Shown in pieces: positions 26,128 to 40,940 of a stretch of DNA of 64,000 bases (positions are counted from its first letter, which is position 1; every line of letters begins with the position of its first letter). The DNA comes from Octopus vulgaris (taxonomy: Eukaryota), in assembly GCA_951406725.2 (NCBI GenBank), contig OX597835.1:17918001-17982000 (forward strand). The letters run 5' to 3'. The translations under genes and the position numbers were made by a program. The notes below the pieces were generated by a model. The model searched no databases, was not told where the DNA came from, and saw only the letters and a list, made by a program, of their open reading frames with translations.

Positions 26128-27058
26128 GATCTTGAGCAGCCAAGATAAAGCCTTTACTATGTGCCTTTAGCTCTGAGCTCCGTACCTACTGATGGGTGCG
26201 CATCTGATCTACCTCAGCTCGTTTACGACAGGCCACGTATTTGCCATGCAGAGGTTCGTTCCCTCCTATCAGCCAACTGTTGAAGTGCATTTTGCTTTGC
26301 TTTTGATTTCACCTTCTTTGGAACTACAGTTGCTGCGATTTCATCATGTTGGTTCAACTTGGGTATTATGCATAAACTCACTTGAAAATATTTTGCTTTC
26401 TTTCATATCAGAACGAAGCTTCTTACGTCATTCATTGTTTTCGACAAGCTTTATGTTCCAGTCGTTTGATGTTTCAAGATATTTTGAAAGTCGGATTATA
26501 TTAGGTTGTCCCAAAAGTTCGTAAACACTTGCGAAAATGAATTTTTACTCGCCAAGTACTAACAAAAACAACCAAAATTATTCCTCAAAATAAAGACCAT
26601 TATTTTCCAAGACTTTCTACGAACTTTTGGGACAACCTTATAGTAGTTTTGTAGGAGAGTTCAGATTGGATCAAGCCACAATGAGATCTTGGTAGGTTAA
26701 AAACGATCTGCGTCTACCTTTGGCCGGTATATCTTATTGCAAGTCAGCAGCTTACAGATTTTCGTGTTTGTCTTCATTATTTCGCTCATATTCCAGTTCA
26801 ACACATTGAAACTATAAATAACAAGAGGAACTGCTAAGGGATTCAAAGCTAACACCTTGTTGCGTGCATTTAACCCCAATTTTAGCACTGCTGGAACTCT
26901 CTTGTAACACTCCTGCCTGATCCTCCTTTTCATACTTGCAGGTGGAATACCCGATCCCTCATTTACTCAGAGGTATTTCTGAGTTTGTTCCTCCTGAATT
27001 TTTTTCATGACAGTGTCAACATACAACACCACTGAATGAGAGAGCTTCAGTTACCCCC
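26128..27058 (-). pseudogene. Decayed internal fragment of a related Dong/R4 LINE (RT thumb region)
   Basis: Colinear with about 5470-6265; ORF 26697..26933 (MKRRIRQECYKRVPAVLKLGLNARNKVLALNPLAVP..) matches the intact copy; its upstream end abuts (TTC)n(TTA)n. Confidence 0.88.
26501..26640. mobile_element. Mariner-type MITE (140 bp) inserted in the decayed LINE
   Basis: TA|ttaggttgtcccaaaagttcgta ... tacgaacttttgggacaacctta|TA: 23-bp TIR with 1 mismatch and a TA TSD; LINE homology resumes on both sides. Confidence 0.88.
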
Positions 27059-27061
27059 TCA

Positions 27062-27150
27062 TTCTTCTTCTTCTTCTCCTTCTTCTTCTTCTTCTTCTTC
27101 TTCTTCTTCTTCTTCTTCTTCTTCTTCTTCTTCTTCTTCTTCTTCTTCTT

Positions 27151-27226
<76 letters not shown>

Positions 27227-27288
27227 GTATTAGTATTATTATTATTATTATTATTATCATTCTTCTTCTTCTTCTTCTTATTATTATT
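27062..27288. repeat. (TTC)n/(TTA)n compound microsatellite
   Basis: Direct reading. Confidence 0.95.
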
Positions 27289-28261
27289 GGATGAGAGAGC
27301 AGTGTATATCATCAAATTGACACCGGGGTAAAATATACGAAGCCCAGTATACCCATCATGACTACCCGTCTGATAAGGGTACACTGGGAGCATGCATCAC
27401 AACCATATGTGCGCGACATGGTGATCTCATATCAAGATCAACAACGCATGACCTTGCAGGTGGGAGCCAGTTAGAATTTTCTTCTGTTCGAGTAGACCAT
27501 CCTACAAAAAGTTCCTGAATAAGGATTGTCTAAGGTTCTTGATGTTAGTTGTGTCTCCGTGTGAAGCAAATAAGCCATGGCCCAGTAAACCTGCAATCAG
27601 AAACATTCCATATGCCAACATTCTGTTGCATTTAAAACGAGGAATTATCTTACATCTGGATTCAAATTCCATTTAGGTTAATTATTTAAGGGTCGATGAA
27701 ATCAATGCCAGCTGATCATTGTGGTCTATGTGATCGACGAAACGTGTCACTTCCCAAATATTCAGACCTTTTTTCTCAATTTGAAAGGATTTTGAAAAGA
27801 CAACGATTTCCTAAGATAACAGGCTCAGCATTTGAGTAAGATTTTACTTTCTATTTCTAGCATATTAATCTAATCGTTTTCTTGCAGGCACTTCTTGTTG
27901 TAGAATTGTGCAGTCATTACGCCACCTTTTCCTTGATATCTTTCCAGAAGAATATCAAAATTAATCGAAGGATATAAAATATAATAAATTATGCCCACTA
28001 TCTTTACTGCGACAAAAGAAACATTTCACAAAGATAAAATCAAAAGCTAAAAAATGCCACCATCTTTCCTTTTGCTTTGTAAATTTCAAAAACAAATATT
28101 CACGTAATAAAAAGCAGAGGAAATAAATCTACGAGACTTTAGAATCCACTAAAACATAGTAATAAAAATATAAAGAAAATAATTTCCCCTCTCGCTAGAG
28201 TCTAATTTTATATAATAAATAAATAATATCCGTCAAGAACGAAAGAACATACGTACAAACC

Positions 28262-28303
<42 letters not shown>

Positions 28304-28339
28304 CATATATCTATCTATATATACATACACATACACCCC

Positions 28340-28400
<61 letters not shown>

Positions 28401-28533
28401 ATATATGTGTATATATGTTACTTTATTTGGAAGGAGACAAGGGAAATCTACACATTGCAATTAATGTTTCGACCTAAAATAAAATGAAAGAATGTTTTTT
28501 GCTCTTCGTGTCGTCTTTTCTATATAATATATG

Positions 28534-28614
<81 letters not shown>

Positions 28615-28664
28615 TATATATATATATATGTATATATATTTATATGTATGTATATATATATATG

Positions 28665-28711
<47 letters not shown>

Positions 28712-31530
28712 ATGTGTGTGTATGTGTGTGTGTGTGCGTGTTTGCTTTGTTTCTTTCAATTTGGTCTTCCAGGTCTAGACTCAGCAGCTCATTTTCTCTT
28801 CATTAATCATATACGCCCTGAAAGGCAGGAAACTGTACACACATACTTAAATATATCCCTACAGATGTGCGTATGTATACATGTATGTATGTATGTATGT
28901 ATACGTGCATCCTTGATTATGCATGTGGTGTGTGTTAGTGTGTGCCAGTACACTCGTATACCTACATACATATACATATTTACAATGGCACGGAGAGAGA
29001 GAGAGAGAGAGGGTGAGCGAGAGAAAAAGAAAGTGTGAGAATTAGACAGATAGACAGACAGACAGACAAGGTGACAAGAAGAAAGAGATAGGAAGAGAGT
29101 CAGGGAGAAATGAAATACTAATACAATACTTTCCGCAATCGACCCGTACACATGTATTATATCCACTATGCATGTCTTTTCTTCTTGCAACCAATTTATA
29201 TCAACAAACCGTCACCATTTGTTTAACAAATGGCATATCATCTGGAACACCCTTCACTGTAGATATACCATGGACAGATATATCATTTGTGCAGAATATG
29301 ACTACTACAGTATCTGAAATAACTTCCTAAATATTCATAAATAACCACCCCAGTTTCTAGATTAGTTAATTTACCGTAGTGCGAAAAGGACATTTTTTAT
29401 TCCTGTTGGCAGTAATAGTTCCTAATGGTAATATTTACGCTACGAGCTGTTTTATATGCTTGGTTAAACTACCTTTAACTTTCAGTATCTCTGTCACACT
29501 GTGTTAGCACTTATATACACACATATACACACGTGTGTGTATGTGTGTGTGTGTGTGATATGGATGTCTGAACGTTTCTTAAAGAAATATGTTGTATATC
29601 AATCTAAGAATTGCAGAGGAATCAGGCTCTTTCGTCTTGTCTAAAGTTGTCTACAGATCTTTGTTCTTTCAATGAAACTATTCCTTCATATTGTATCCAA
29701 TCTATGAAGGAACCTAAACAATGGTCACACTTCCTCCCTCTTAAATGATTCCAACAATGGCATCTAAAACTCTAACCAAAATACATCAATCGCACGTATG
29801 ATATTCATCATACAGGCAAAGGAAGGAGACCTCTATATGTCCTGTTAAATTACAGTAGGTAGATCTAGACTATTGCAGGTACATAATGTTAGAATCAGAC
29901 ATCAGAAACTCCCGGAAAGCATTATGAGTTGTATTTATGAATTTCTCTAAATTTAGTAATACCCACCATCAGGGCAGGCCTATGGTCCCTAAGTTCCGGA
30001 GGTCCCTTCTGCTTGTTTTTTTAGACAGGTCTACCATCCATCATTCGCTTGTAAAATCTGTCGCTACTTCACCGTATTAGTCATTTTTATCAATCGTGCG
30101 AACAAGAACATATATATATGCAGAAGGCTGAAATGGAACACACGTGTTGGTATATATATATATGTGTGTGTGTGTATATATATATATACTAAAGAATTTA
30201 CAATTTCAGAAGGAATGTTGACAAAAAACATTAGGAAGATTTCTCCTTATGTGTATGGTATTGGATATCGTTATCCATAGCTTCCAGTGGTGGTTGTATC
30301 TTTCTGAGTATGATTAAAATAAGTATATTGCTCACGAAATTTATAATGGCTTTGACGTACAAGACTTCTTCATACATTTTGAGAACGATACAGTCAATGT
30401 AGATAAGTTTTGCAATGTAACAGAGATTGACTACATGACCGTCAATGAGAACGAAAGCCAGATGCCATTTTCGATATTATGATGCCACACAAGAGGTTGG
30501 TGAATTGAAGAACGCTGGGTCCCTTGTTACTGATCATACAGAAGGCTACTTGACATGGAAGCAACTAGACTGAAACTGAAACGCCTGTGATACACGCTTC
30601 AAGTTATCAAGCATTCAGGTATTCTACAGTCGACAACATTTACAGTCAAGCGGATTCATCTTAGGACTGCTCGCAATATATTTTTCTCATAAATCTGTAA
30701 GTGCATCTCTATAAATGCTCTGGCTTTTCTCAAGGCATACATAGAGAATACTCTACTTTGTGGAGATTAAACCCAGCACTATGACGAGGAGCTTAAAGAT
30801 CAACATGAACGGCACATTCGTCATGCTCCTACACAGAGCACAACACATCTCATATCATGGCCGTAAGTATTACTTAAGGGATTTATATACATATTTCACT
30901 CACCTCTGTTATTGTTTCCCAATGCAGAGCTTGCTTGCTTATCCCTGCAGTTAAACTGAACAACGGGTCGTATCGGAAGATACATTTTGGAGAATTTCAA
31001 CACGGATTTATATGAGAAAAGACGAGTATTGTCGATTCTATTAGTAGATATAGATAACAAATTATTCAGGTTCGACCAAAACTAATGGATGATGTCGGTC
31101 CCTGGCAGTGTGGGGTGGAACACATTTTAATTGCAGTCACTTGAAAAAGAAGGAGATTCAGAATAAAAGATTAAGAACAAACACAAAATATAAACCTATA
31201 TAGTGATATAAGCTTCATCTCATTTTTATGCATAGGCGAAGTCTATGAACGTGAATCTATATATCTCTTAACTACGTGTTGATAGTAGTGTCTTGTTATA
31301 TACATACATATAAACATACATACATGCATACAAATAAGATGATAAGTTAGTCTCGATCGCAGAGTAATTTACCCAACGTTTTGGGTGTTCTGACGTCGTC
31401 TCTGCATTCGAAAATAAATTATCATCTTATTTCTATCTTAATATACACATTTAGGCGCTTATGAAAAACAAATATTAATTTATATTTATATTCACGTGAT
31501 TCTACACACATGCATATATACATAAATATA

Positions 31531-31619
<89 letters not shown>

Positions 31620-31668
31620 GTATATATATTTATATATACTCATATATTTGTATATATATACACACAGA

Positions 31669-31704
<36 letters not shown>

Positions 31705-31714
31705 ATCATATATT

Positions 31715-31750
<36 letters not shown>

Positions 31751-31760
31751 TATATATATG

Positions 31761-31810
<50 letters not shown>

Positions 31811-32318
31811 TATCTATTATTTGCATATAGACATATCTATCTACCAACCTCTCTATATATTCTATAACTATCTACCTTGCATACTAAATATATTTGTGCA
31901 TATATATAAATACAGACGCATACACACACACACACACTGATGCATATATGTATATACACATATACACACACACAAACACACACACACACGTAACTTTCTT
32001 TTCTTCCTCGCGAGGAACACAAATAACTGAGTATAAATATTTCATTTATTAAAATAAATGAAACATCTCTGACATTTTCGGCGCTCCATTATGTGGAGAG
32101 CAAGGAGAAGAAGAATTACATAAAACAACAACAGCAATGACAGCAACAAACGTCTACAAACGTTTCCCATAATAACAGTCTTCTAAGGAATGGCGAGCAA
32201 CATTTAATTATAGTTTAGTATTCAGTGTAATTTGTAATTCCATTCATATCACATATGTGCAATCGGACACAACACACACTCCACTAAATCTCCCCACACA
32301 CACATGTACATGCATCAA

Positions 32319-32426
<108 letters not shown>

Positions 32427-32598
32427 TATATATATATGCATATATATATATATATGCATATATTTATATGTGTATATGTGTGTATATGTGTAAATACATA
32501 TATGCATATGTATATATATATTTATATATATGTATGTATATGTGTATATATATCTATTTATCTATCTATATATATATGTATGTATCTTTTTGTATATA

Positions 32599-32657
<59 letters not shown>

Positions 32658-33149
32658 CTTGAAGGCATATATGTGCATATATGTGTATGTATAAATATAC
32701 GTTGGAATGTCAATAATGAATTGAAAATTAATACCAATAAGAAATAAAAAGGAATATCGTTATTATTGTTTTAACACAATGGAGAATAGATTAGAATTGT
32801 GTTTGACGTTTCGTAATGAAACACTTCATCATAATAGACGGATCAGAAAGTAAAAGAAAAGAAAAATAGTATGAGAAATTATGTAAAATATCGCAAAATT
32901 ATTGCTACGGCTAATCTAGCGCCCCCATCCTTACTTTTTGACCATAAAGATACACGTAGATACTCTGATAGTTTTCAGTGCATGTCACGTGTTTCTCTCC
33001 TTACTCCACGCAACCTTTTGTGTTTTTATTTTAAGAAAATTGAGTTTGATTTCTGGCATATTTGACTATTATTTCCAGTAGATCAAGGTTGGATAGATGT
33101 TACCAGTGCTGTTGCTAGATCCAGGAAAACCTCATCTTTCATCTTTCAA

Positions 33150-33356
33150 CATTTACTTGCTCCAGTCATAAGACCGTAGTTATTGTGGAGCACAGCCTTG
33201 AAGAATTTATAGCCAAATGTATCAACCCCAGTACTTTTTTGCATGAAGCTAGGTACTTATTCTATCGAATCCCTTGTCGAACCGCTAGGTTACGAGGACA
33301 TAAACACACCAACACTAGTTGTGAAGTGGTGGAGGCGGGGGCAAACACAGACACAC

Positions 33357-33411
<55 letters not shown>

Positions 33412-33414
33412 TAT

Positions 33415-33472
<58 letters not shown>

Positions 33473-33625
33473 TCGACGGGCGTCTTTCAATTTCCGACAC
33501 GCACAAGGTCTTCGTCGGCCCGTGGCTATTGTAGAAGTCAGTAGCCCGAGGTGCCACGCAGTGGGACTTGACGCGGATCCAAGTGATTGGGAAACATACT
33601 TCTTTCCACAACCACGCCTGCACCT
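33150..33625 (-). mobile_element. SINE family A, diverged copy
   Basis: All consensus blocks are recognisable, with an expanded internal microsatellite. Confidence 0.75.
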
Positions 33626-33737
33626 ATGTACGCAAACATTAAATGGAACCTGAGCCAGCCATGACCATTCCGTTTATTTAGTCTTATAAAAATGCGATGT
33701 TATCCAGTCCATTTTGGTGAATATTATGTGACTGCTA

Positions 33738-33965
33738 TTTCTTATTTATTTATTGCCCACAAGGGGCTAACATAGAGGGGACAAACAAGGACAGACAAAG
33801 GGACTAAGTCGATTACATCGACCCCAGTATGGAACTGGCACTTAATTTATCGAAACCGAAATGATGAAAGGCAAAGTCGACATCGGTGGAACTTGAACTC
33901 AGAACGTAGCGGCAGACGAAATACCGCTAAGCATTTCGCCCGGCGTGCTATCGTTTCTGCCAGCT
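33738..33965 (-). mobile_element. SINE family B copy
   Basis: Reverse complement of the family B consensus. Confidence 0.85.
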
Positions 33966-34774
33966 ATTTCTGTCAGGTAATTCACCACATAGAGACATTC
34001 GCTGTTGTCGTTTGCGCTACATTTACGTTTGTATGACGCACAGACAATGAAATAGAATTATTCAACGATGCCCGTCTAGATATATGACGATATCACACTG
34101 TCAGCAGGTCTAAGATGAAACTACTGCTATAATAAGTTTCTTTTTTCATTAATAAGCTAGTAACTCTAATCCTACGACGCATCTATTGTTGCATGATAAT
34201 AACTTACGACAGCTGTTTTATGATACACTTATAGATGTATAACAGCTCTATGACACTTATGAGCTGAGGCCATTGCTTTAAGGCACACAGATATCCCAGT
34301 GACAACTGTTCTGAGACAGGTAGATAACGCTATGACAAAAGCTTTCAGACATGCACTTAGCTCAGCTCTATGACTCCCTCATTTACAAAAGCTTCAAGAC
34401 ACGTGAATAGATCTGTAACAGTGTCCCTATGACAGCAGTCCTCAGACACGCAATGTAATAATAACAGATTTATAACAATAATTCTAAGTCTCACAGAGAG
34501 ACCTATAACAGTTCTAAAACGGGCAGCTCAATGATAATAGCTGTATGATAAGAGTTGTTAAAGAAACGAGTAGTTCTATAACAGATAATTCTATTATACT
34601 CATTTCCATGGCAATAATTCTATGAGACAACAATGTGATGTTATTTCTGTCACACACAAGATTCAATGAAAATATTTTTTTACGTCATAGGTAACTCGAT
34701 GGCATTAGTTCTATAGCGCACGGTTTGCTCTCTGACAACAAATATATAATGCAGACAATCCATTATGACATAGA

Positions 34775-36225
34775 TACTGGTTTCAAATTTGGCATAATGC
34801 CAGCAATCGTAAGGGAGGGGGAAGTCGATTACATCGAACCCAGTGTTCAAACGATATATATTTTGTCGACCTCGAAAGGATGAAATGCAAAGTAGACCTT
34901 GACGGAATTTTAGAACTGTTGTCAATATGCTATTGTTGTAAATCTGCAAGTGCATCTCTATGCATGCTGTAGCTTTTCTCAGGGTACATATAGAGAACAT
35001 TCTACTCTGTGGAGGTTAACCGTAGGCTATAAAAAAAGGACTCAGAACATAAAGACGGACGAAATACCGCAAAGCATTTCGTCTGGCGTACTAACGATTC
35101 TTCGATCTCGCCACCTTCAACTGTGACATAGATATCATGCAACAATAGTTGCATAGCAACATTTGTGAGGCACACATACTACTATGGAATATGAGTGTTG
35201 TACTAAAACACGAATAACCCTATTTAACTTTGGTACAAGATTAGCAATTCGGAAGAAAAGGGTGGTCTGTTATATCGGACGTAATACTTCACAATTATTT
35301 TTTCATTGGTCCCGAAATATTAAATGGGAAACTTGACCAAGTGTGCATACATGAGGTTGATAACATCATAAGACATGGAAGGTAGCTCCTTCAGCAACAT
35401 TCTTCGTCTGATCTCAGAACTTGAAGAACCAGAAGGAATGCCGTTAACCATTTTATCAGACGCTCGCCGACTCACAGCACACGAATAATCTTCTATATTT
35501 TAAGCTTGGAATTTAAGAGGAAGAGACTTATCGATTACATTGACACCAGTCCTAACCTGGTTCGTATTTTCATTAACCATTAATGAATGAAAGGCAAACT
35601 CAACTTCGGTGCTATTTGAACTCAGAACCTAAAGATACGCCGCTGAGCATTTTCTCAACTGCTCTAACGATTCTGTCATCTCGCCGTCTCTCAGCATAGA
35701 AATAATTTTAACACACTTTAGACGAATATCAGCAATTTCAGGAGAGGGAACAGTCTAATATGTTTAACTTCCCCTTACCGATATTGACCATGAATGGATG
35801 AAATGCAAACACGAATTTAATAGTTGAACTGAAGGCCTGCAAATGTGCTGCTAAGCATTTTATCAAGCACTGTAACGGTTCTAGCAGTTAACCGTCTCAC
35901 AGCATACAGAGAATCGTCCCAAATTTGGGATCAAGACCTGAAATTTTATGGACGTAGATAATCGATTAGATCGATCCCAATACTTAACCGGTTCATTTTT
36001 TATCGACCATGAATGGATTAAAAGCAATTTTAATTTAAATATATTTGAACCCAGAGACTAAAGGTGTGCCACTGAGCACTTTATCAAGTGCTCTAACTGT
36101 TCGTTATAATATACAAATAATTGGTTTACGTTTTGACCCAAGACCAGCAAATTGATGGGAGAGGATATTCGATTGTATCGCTCCCAGTGTTTTTCGTATC
36201 TTGATGACCTCGAAAGGATAATAAA
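34775..36225 (-). repeat. Head-to-tail array of about 6 old family-B-related SINE units (~200 bp period)
   Basis: Recurring blocks tcgatt.cat, gaa.ggatgaaa.gcaaa, tttgaac.caga, ctaagcattt, ctaacg.tt and the linker cagca.a..(g)aataat. Confidence 0.65.
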
Positions 36226-36611
36226 GCGTAAACAAAGACAAGTGTAATCGAGGGATAGGCTATCGTTTACGTAAAACTAGCACTCGGGTTAAATGAGGTT
36301 TCGTCGCAAGTCATATCTGATATTTTTCTGCAAGATGACCAAATAATCACCTGGCTTTTAAAATTCGATTTGCGCTTCACAAGCAACCATACAAGATTCA
36401 TAAACCTTTTGACTGGATTAGGTAAGGAAAAAAATACGAAGAGAAAATGCCATATTCAACGTAGACAGAATAATTTAGGGCTTAGTGCACCGTGTGGTTT
36501 AACGAAGAATTTTTAGCTCCTCATAACGTTTTCTTGGAATGGTTTATCGTTAAGAAAACAAAATCGCTGTAAGATGCAAACATCAAACATTTGTATTTGC
36601 AGGAGGAAAAA

Positions 36612-36625
36612 GTAATAACAATAAC

Positions 36626-36659
<34 letters not shown>

Positions 36660-36685
36660 GCAACAACAACAACAACAACAACAAC

Positions 36686-36770
<85 letters not shown>

Positions 36771-36795
36771 GCAACAACAACAACAACAACAACAA

Positions 36796-36857
<62 letters not shown>

Positions 36858-36885
36858 GCAACAACAACAACAACAACAACAACAA

Positions 36886-36932
<47 letters not shown>

Positions 36933-36998
36933 GCAACAACAACAAGAATAATAATAATATTAATAATAATAATAATAACAACAACACCAAGAATAATG

Positions 36999-37029
<31 letters not shown>

Positions 37030-37046
37030 CAACAACAACAATAATG

Positions 37047-37077
<31 letters not shown>

Positions 37078-37094
37078 CAACAACAAGAATAATG

Positions 37095-37170
<76 letters not shown>

Positions 37171-37271
37171 CAACAACAACAATAATGATAATAATATTAA
37201 TAATAATAATAATAACAACAACAACAAGAATAATGATAATAATAATAATAATAACAACACCAAGAATAATG

Positions 37272-37305
<34 letters not shown>

Positions 37306-37376
37306 CAACAACAACAATAATGATAATAATATTAATAATAATAATAATAACAACAACAACAACAACAATAATAATG

Positions 37377-37425
<49 letters not shown>

Positions 37426-37439
37426 CAACAAGAATACTG

Positions 37440-37502
<63 letters not shown>

Positions 37503-37518
37503 GCAATAACAATAATAA
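36612..37518. repeat. Compound (AAT/AAC)n microsatellite with higher-order units (..caagaataatgat..)
   Basis: Direct reading; source of poly-L and poly-I/T ORFs. Confidence 0.95.
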
Positions 37519-38974
37519 AAAGTTGAAACTAATTAGTTAAGTTCTGAAATTGTTAGCGAAAATATGCTGTATTTTTTTCTCAGCCAAGTTTATAAATTAG
37601 AGGAAATAAACAAAAAGAAAAAAAAAAGAAAAGAAAAAAATAGTCACTTAAAGCAAATGACAACGTCGGCAAATATTGCAGTAAACATAAATTTTGCTGG
37701 TGTTCGTTGTTGTTGTTGGTTTTGTTGTCTTCGCCTGTGGGCGCTTGAAATGCGTTCATGATAAATGTTGTTGAAACTTCATGACATAGATCGGAACTTA
37801 TTTTGGTTTTTTCCATTTTCTATGGAAGTACAGAAGTGTTGTGTTGTAGAAACAAAATCAGTATCGATTTTCTGGTTTTTGTTTTGGTTCTTTTTTTAGG
37901 CCAGTAATTGTGGCAGAACCTTGAAGCAACATCTATACTACTTCCGGTAGGTGGAGCTTGTGAACGGATTTAGTACAGAATTGATGTGAGCTGGAGTGCG
38001 ATTTCTGCCATTAGGTACGTCAAATAAATGTGTTTTGTATGTTGTCGAATGCCCGCTGTTTCTGTTGGTAGGTGATAAACAGGATGTCATTTGAGCGCCT
38101 TATATTGTGATGTCTGACAACGTATGGATTTAGTTCAAATGAATGAATATCAAAAAAGAGATTTTAGCAGTTTATTATCAACCAATCAGACAAGCTTGCA
38201 ATATCAAACGGACCAATAAGGGAGCAACTACCTCGAGCTAGATGTCACTGGTAACAATAACGACAGTATTGTTTATATGTAATCATTAATAAGCATTTTC
38301 TATTTAGGAAGACAGGTAGCAGGTTTTAGGGAAGGGGATTAGAACGCATCATCGACCCCAGTATATGACTGGTACTTCGTTTCATCTATTCCGAAAGGAT
38401 GGAAATTAATTTTGTCTTCGGCGAGATTTGCACTTCGGAGACATTATCCGACGCTCCAATGATTGTGGGAGCTCATCGAATTTAATTGGTCTTTAATAAT
38501 GCTTTCTGACATAACTTTGAAACGAAAAACAAACTTACGCAACGTGGATGACTGGTACTTCATTTGACTGGTACTTTATTTTATCGGCTTTGGAAACATG
38601 GGAGGCAAAGTTGACCTCAGCTGATGTTTGAACTCAATGAAAATACTTCTAAGATACCACAATACTCATATGGTTTTAGTTCTGTTACATGCATAAAATC
38701 AAAAGAGGATTATGATGCCCATAGCATTCTGACAACGGTTTTATAACGCGCGTTTTATTCTCAGACAACTGACATATGTCGTAGAAAATCTTTCTTACAC
38801 AAAGAAAGGCATATATGATGACCTCAATAAAATGTATGCGCAACATCTGATATAATGAACAAAAACTGTGCACATTTGGGGAAATTAGCTGCCCAGTGGA
38901 TATTAACATAAAGCTGTAGATTTGTGAAAAAGAGAGTACCTACATTGAACTATTGAAAAATCTGCAGTTACTCT

Positions 38975-39447
38975 ATCGAGATTATGACTACACCCCCATT
39001 TAGAGCATAGTTTAAGCTATTTTTTTTTTTTGTGGATGAAGGTTTATGTTCCTATAACCTTTGTTAATTCTGTAACCCTTTAAAATGGAAGATAAAAAAA
39101 TTAAAATTCATTTTCGGCACTTGATGCTTTGGGAACCACACAAAAATTGCTGCAGCTCGGCTGGCATGTGTTACCCGACCCTCCATATTCACCAGATGCT
39201 GCTCCTTCGGATTTCCACTTATTCAGGTCTCTACAGAATAGTCTTAATGGTAAAAATTTCAATTCCTTGGATGACGTAAAAAGATACCTTGATGATTTCT
39301 TTGCCATAAAACCACCTCAGTTCTGGGAAGAGGGTATTTTCAAGTTAAAGGAAAGATGGAGACGCATTATGCAACAAAATGGTTCATAGTTGGTTGATTA
39401 AAAATATAATGGCAAGTATTTATTGACCTTTTTCGTTCCTTTAAAAG
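38975..39447 (+). mobile_element. Second copy of the internally deleted mariner (TIRs lost, frameshifted)
   Basis: Colinear with 59225-59680, including the same internal junction HLMLWEP|KKLLQLGW; encodes PYSPDAAPSDFHLF. Confidence 0.88.
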
Positions 39448-39595
39448 ATATTGTGTCCCTGCTGGAAACAGTATTCTCTAATCACGTTTTTTCCTAAAAC
39501 CTCTCCATATTTGTCGCAAAGACACCGCTACATTAACAATAAAGCTATAGGTCGTAAGGTCACAGGTTTTTACATACAGAAATACAGAAAAAAAT

Positions 39596-39828
39596 AGCGG
39601 CGAGCTGGCAGAATCGTTAGCACGCCGGACGAAATGCGTAGCCATATTTCGTCTGCTGCTACGTTCTGAGTTCAAATTCCGCCGAGGTCGACTTAGCCTT
39701 TCATCCTTTCGGGGTCGATATATATTAAGTACCAGTCACGCACTGGGGTCGATGTAATCGACTTAATCCGTTTGTCTGTCCTTGTTTGCTCCCTCTATGT
39801 TTAGCCCCTTGTGGGCAATAAAGAAATA
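39596..39828 (+). mobile_element. SINE family B, full-length copy
   Basis: gcggcgagctggcagaatcgttagc ... gggcaataaagaaata. Confidence 0.9.
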
Positions 39829-40558
39829 AAAAATAGAGGTGTAATTACTCCAAGTTCAGCTTCACCTACCACATAGCATCAACAGAGAGCAGATGGATAT
39901 CGGTTTTCCTTTCTGTACGTTGTTCTAACATTCTTCTTCACGTTCCTTCAAGGAAGTAACAAGGTGAATCTAGGTATGTCATGCGCTCGGATTGACCTTT
40001 TAGATGTGTCGTTGTTTTCCTACGTCAAAAAGAACACCTAAAAATTGTTTTTTTTTTTATTTATCACACAGCAAGTTTGCTGTTTATAACCAATATATCC
40101 ACATGAAATGTATAGACAAAGGTCTCACTTCTGTAACGAGAATGTAACAAAAAAAAAAAAAAAGAGAAAGAAAGAAAGAAAGAAAAAATAACAACAAATA
40201 AACAAAACAAAAACGCAAATATGAAATGAAAATGATTAAAGATAAAATAAATGAAAGATATTAATCAACAATATAAAGTCTTTCGTAAAACACTAACCTC
40301 AACTTCAAATCTATGCTATCAAATTGATCTTCAATGGCTAAAACGATATTTCCGAGATATGTTACTTTCGTTCAGTCATCGCAGGCAAAGACTTTTCACC
40401 TGCCAACTTAATGTATATCTTATATTACAAACTTTAGAAGCTAGACAGACGCATTCATCTAAAATTAAACATTCTCAGATGGCATTTTAATAGCTTTATT
40501 CATTTATTATTTTGTCACAACCAGACATCGAAATTTTCATAAAAATGCCCACACATGG

Positions 40559-40940
<382 letters not shown>

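Noticed and set aside
27036-27300. 10-bp direct repeat atgagagagc flanking the TTC/TTA tract as a possible TSD
   Set aside because: The left copy lies within sequence still colinear with the LINE; probably coincidental.
30200-31000. Coding-like composition suggesting a host exon
   Set aside because: Multiple stops in all frames, and part of it recurs at 34940-35030, so it is more likely an unclassified decayed repeat.
36595-36620. ggaggaaaaagtaataac as a possible Dong 3' end before the AAT tract
   Set aside because: The match to the LINE terminus is only a short low-complexity purine run, and upstream sequence is not homologous.
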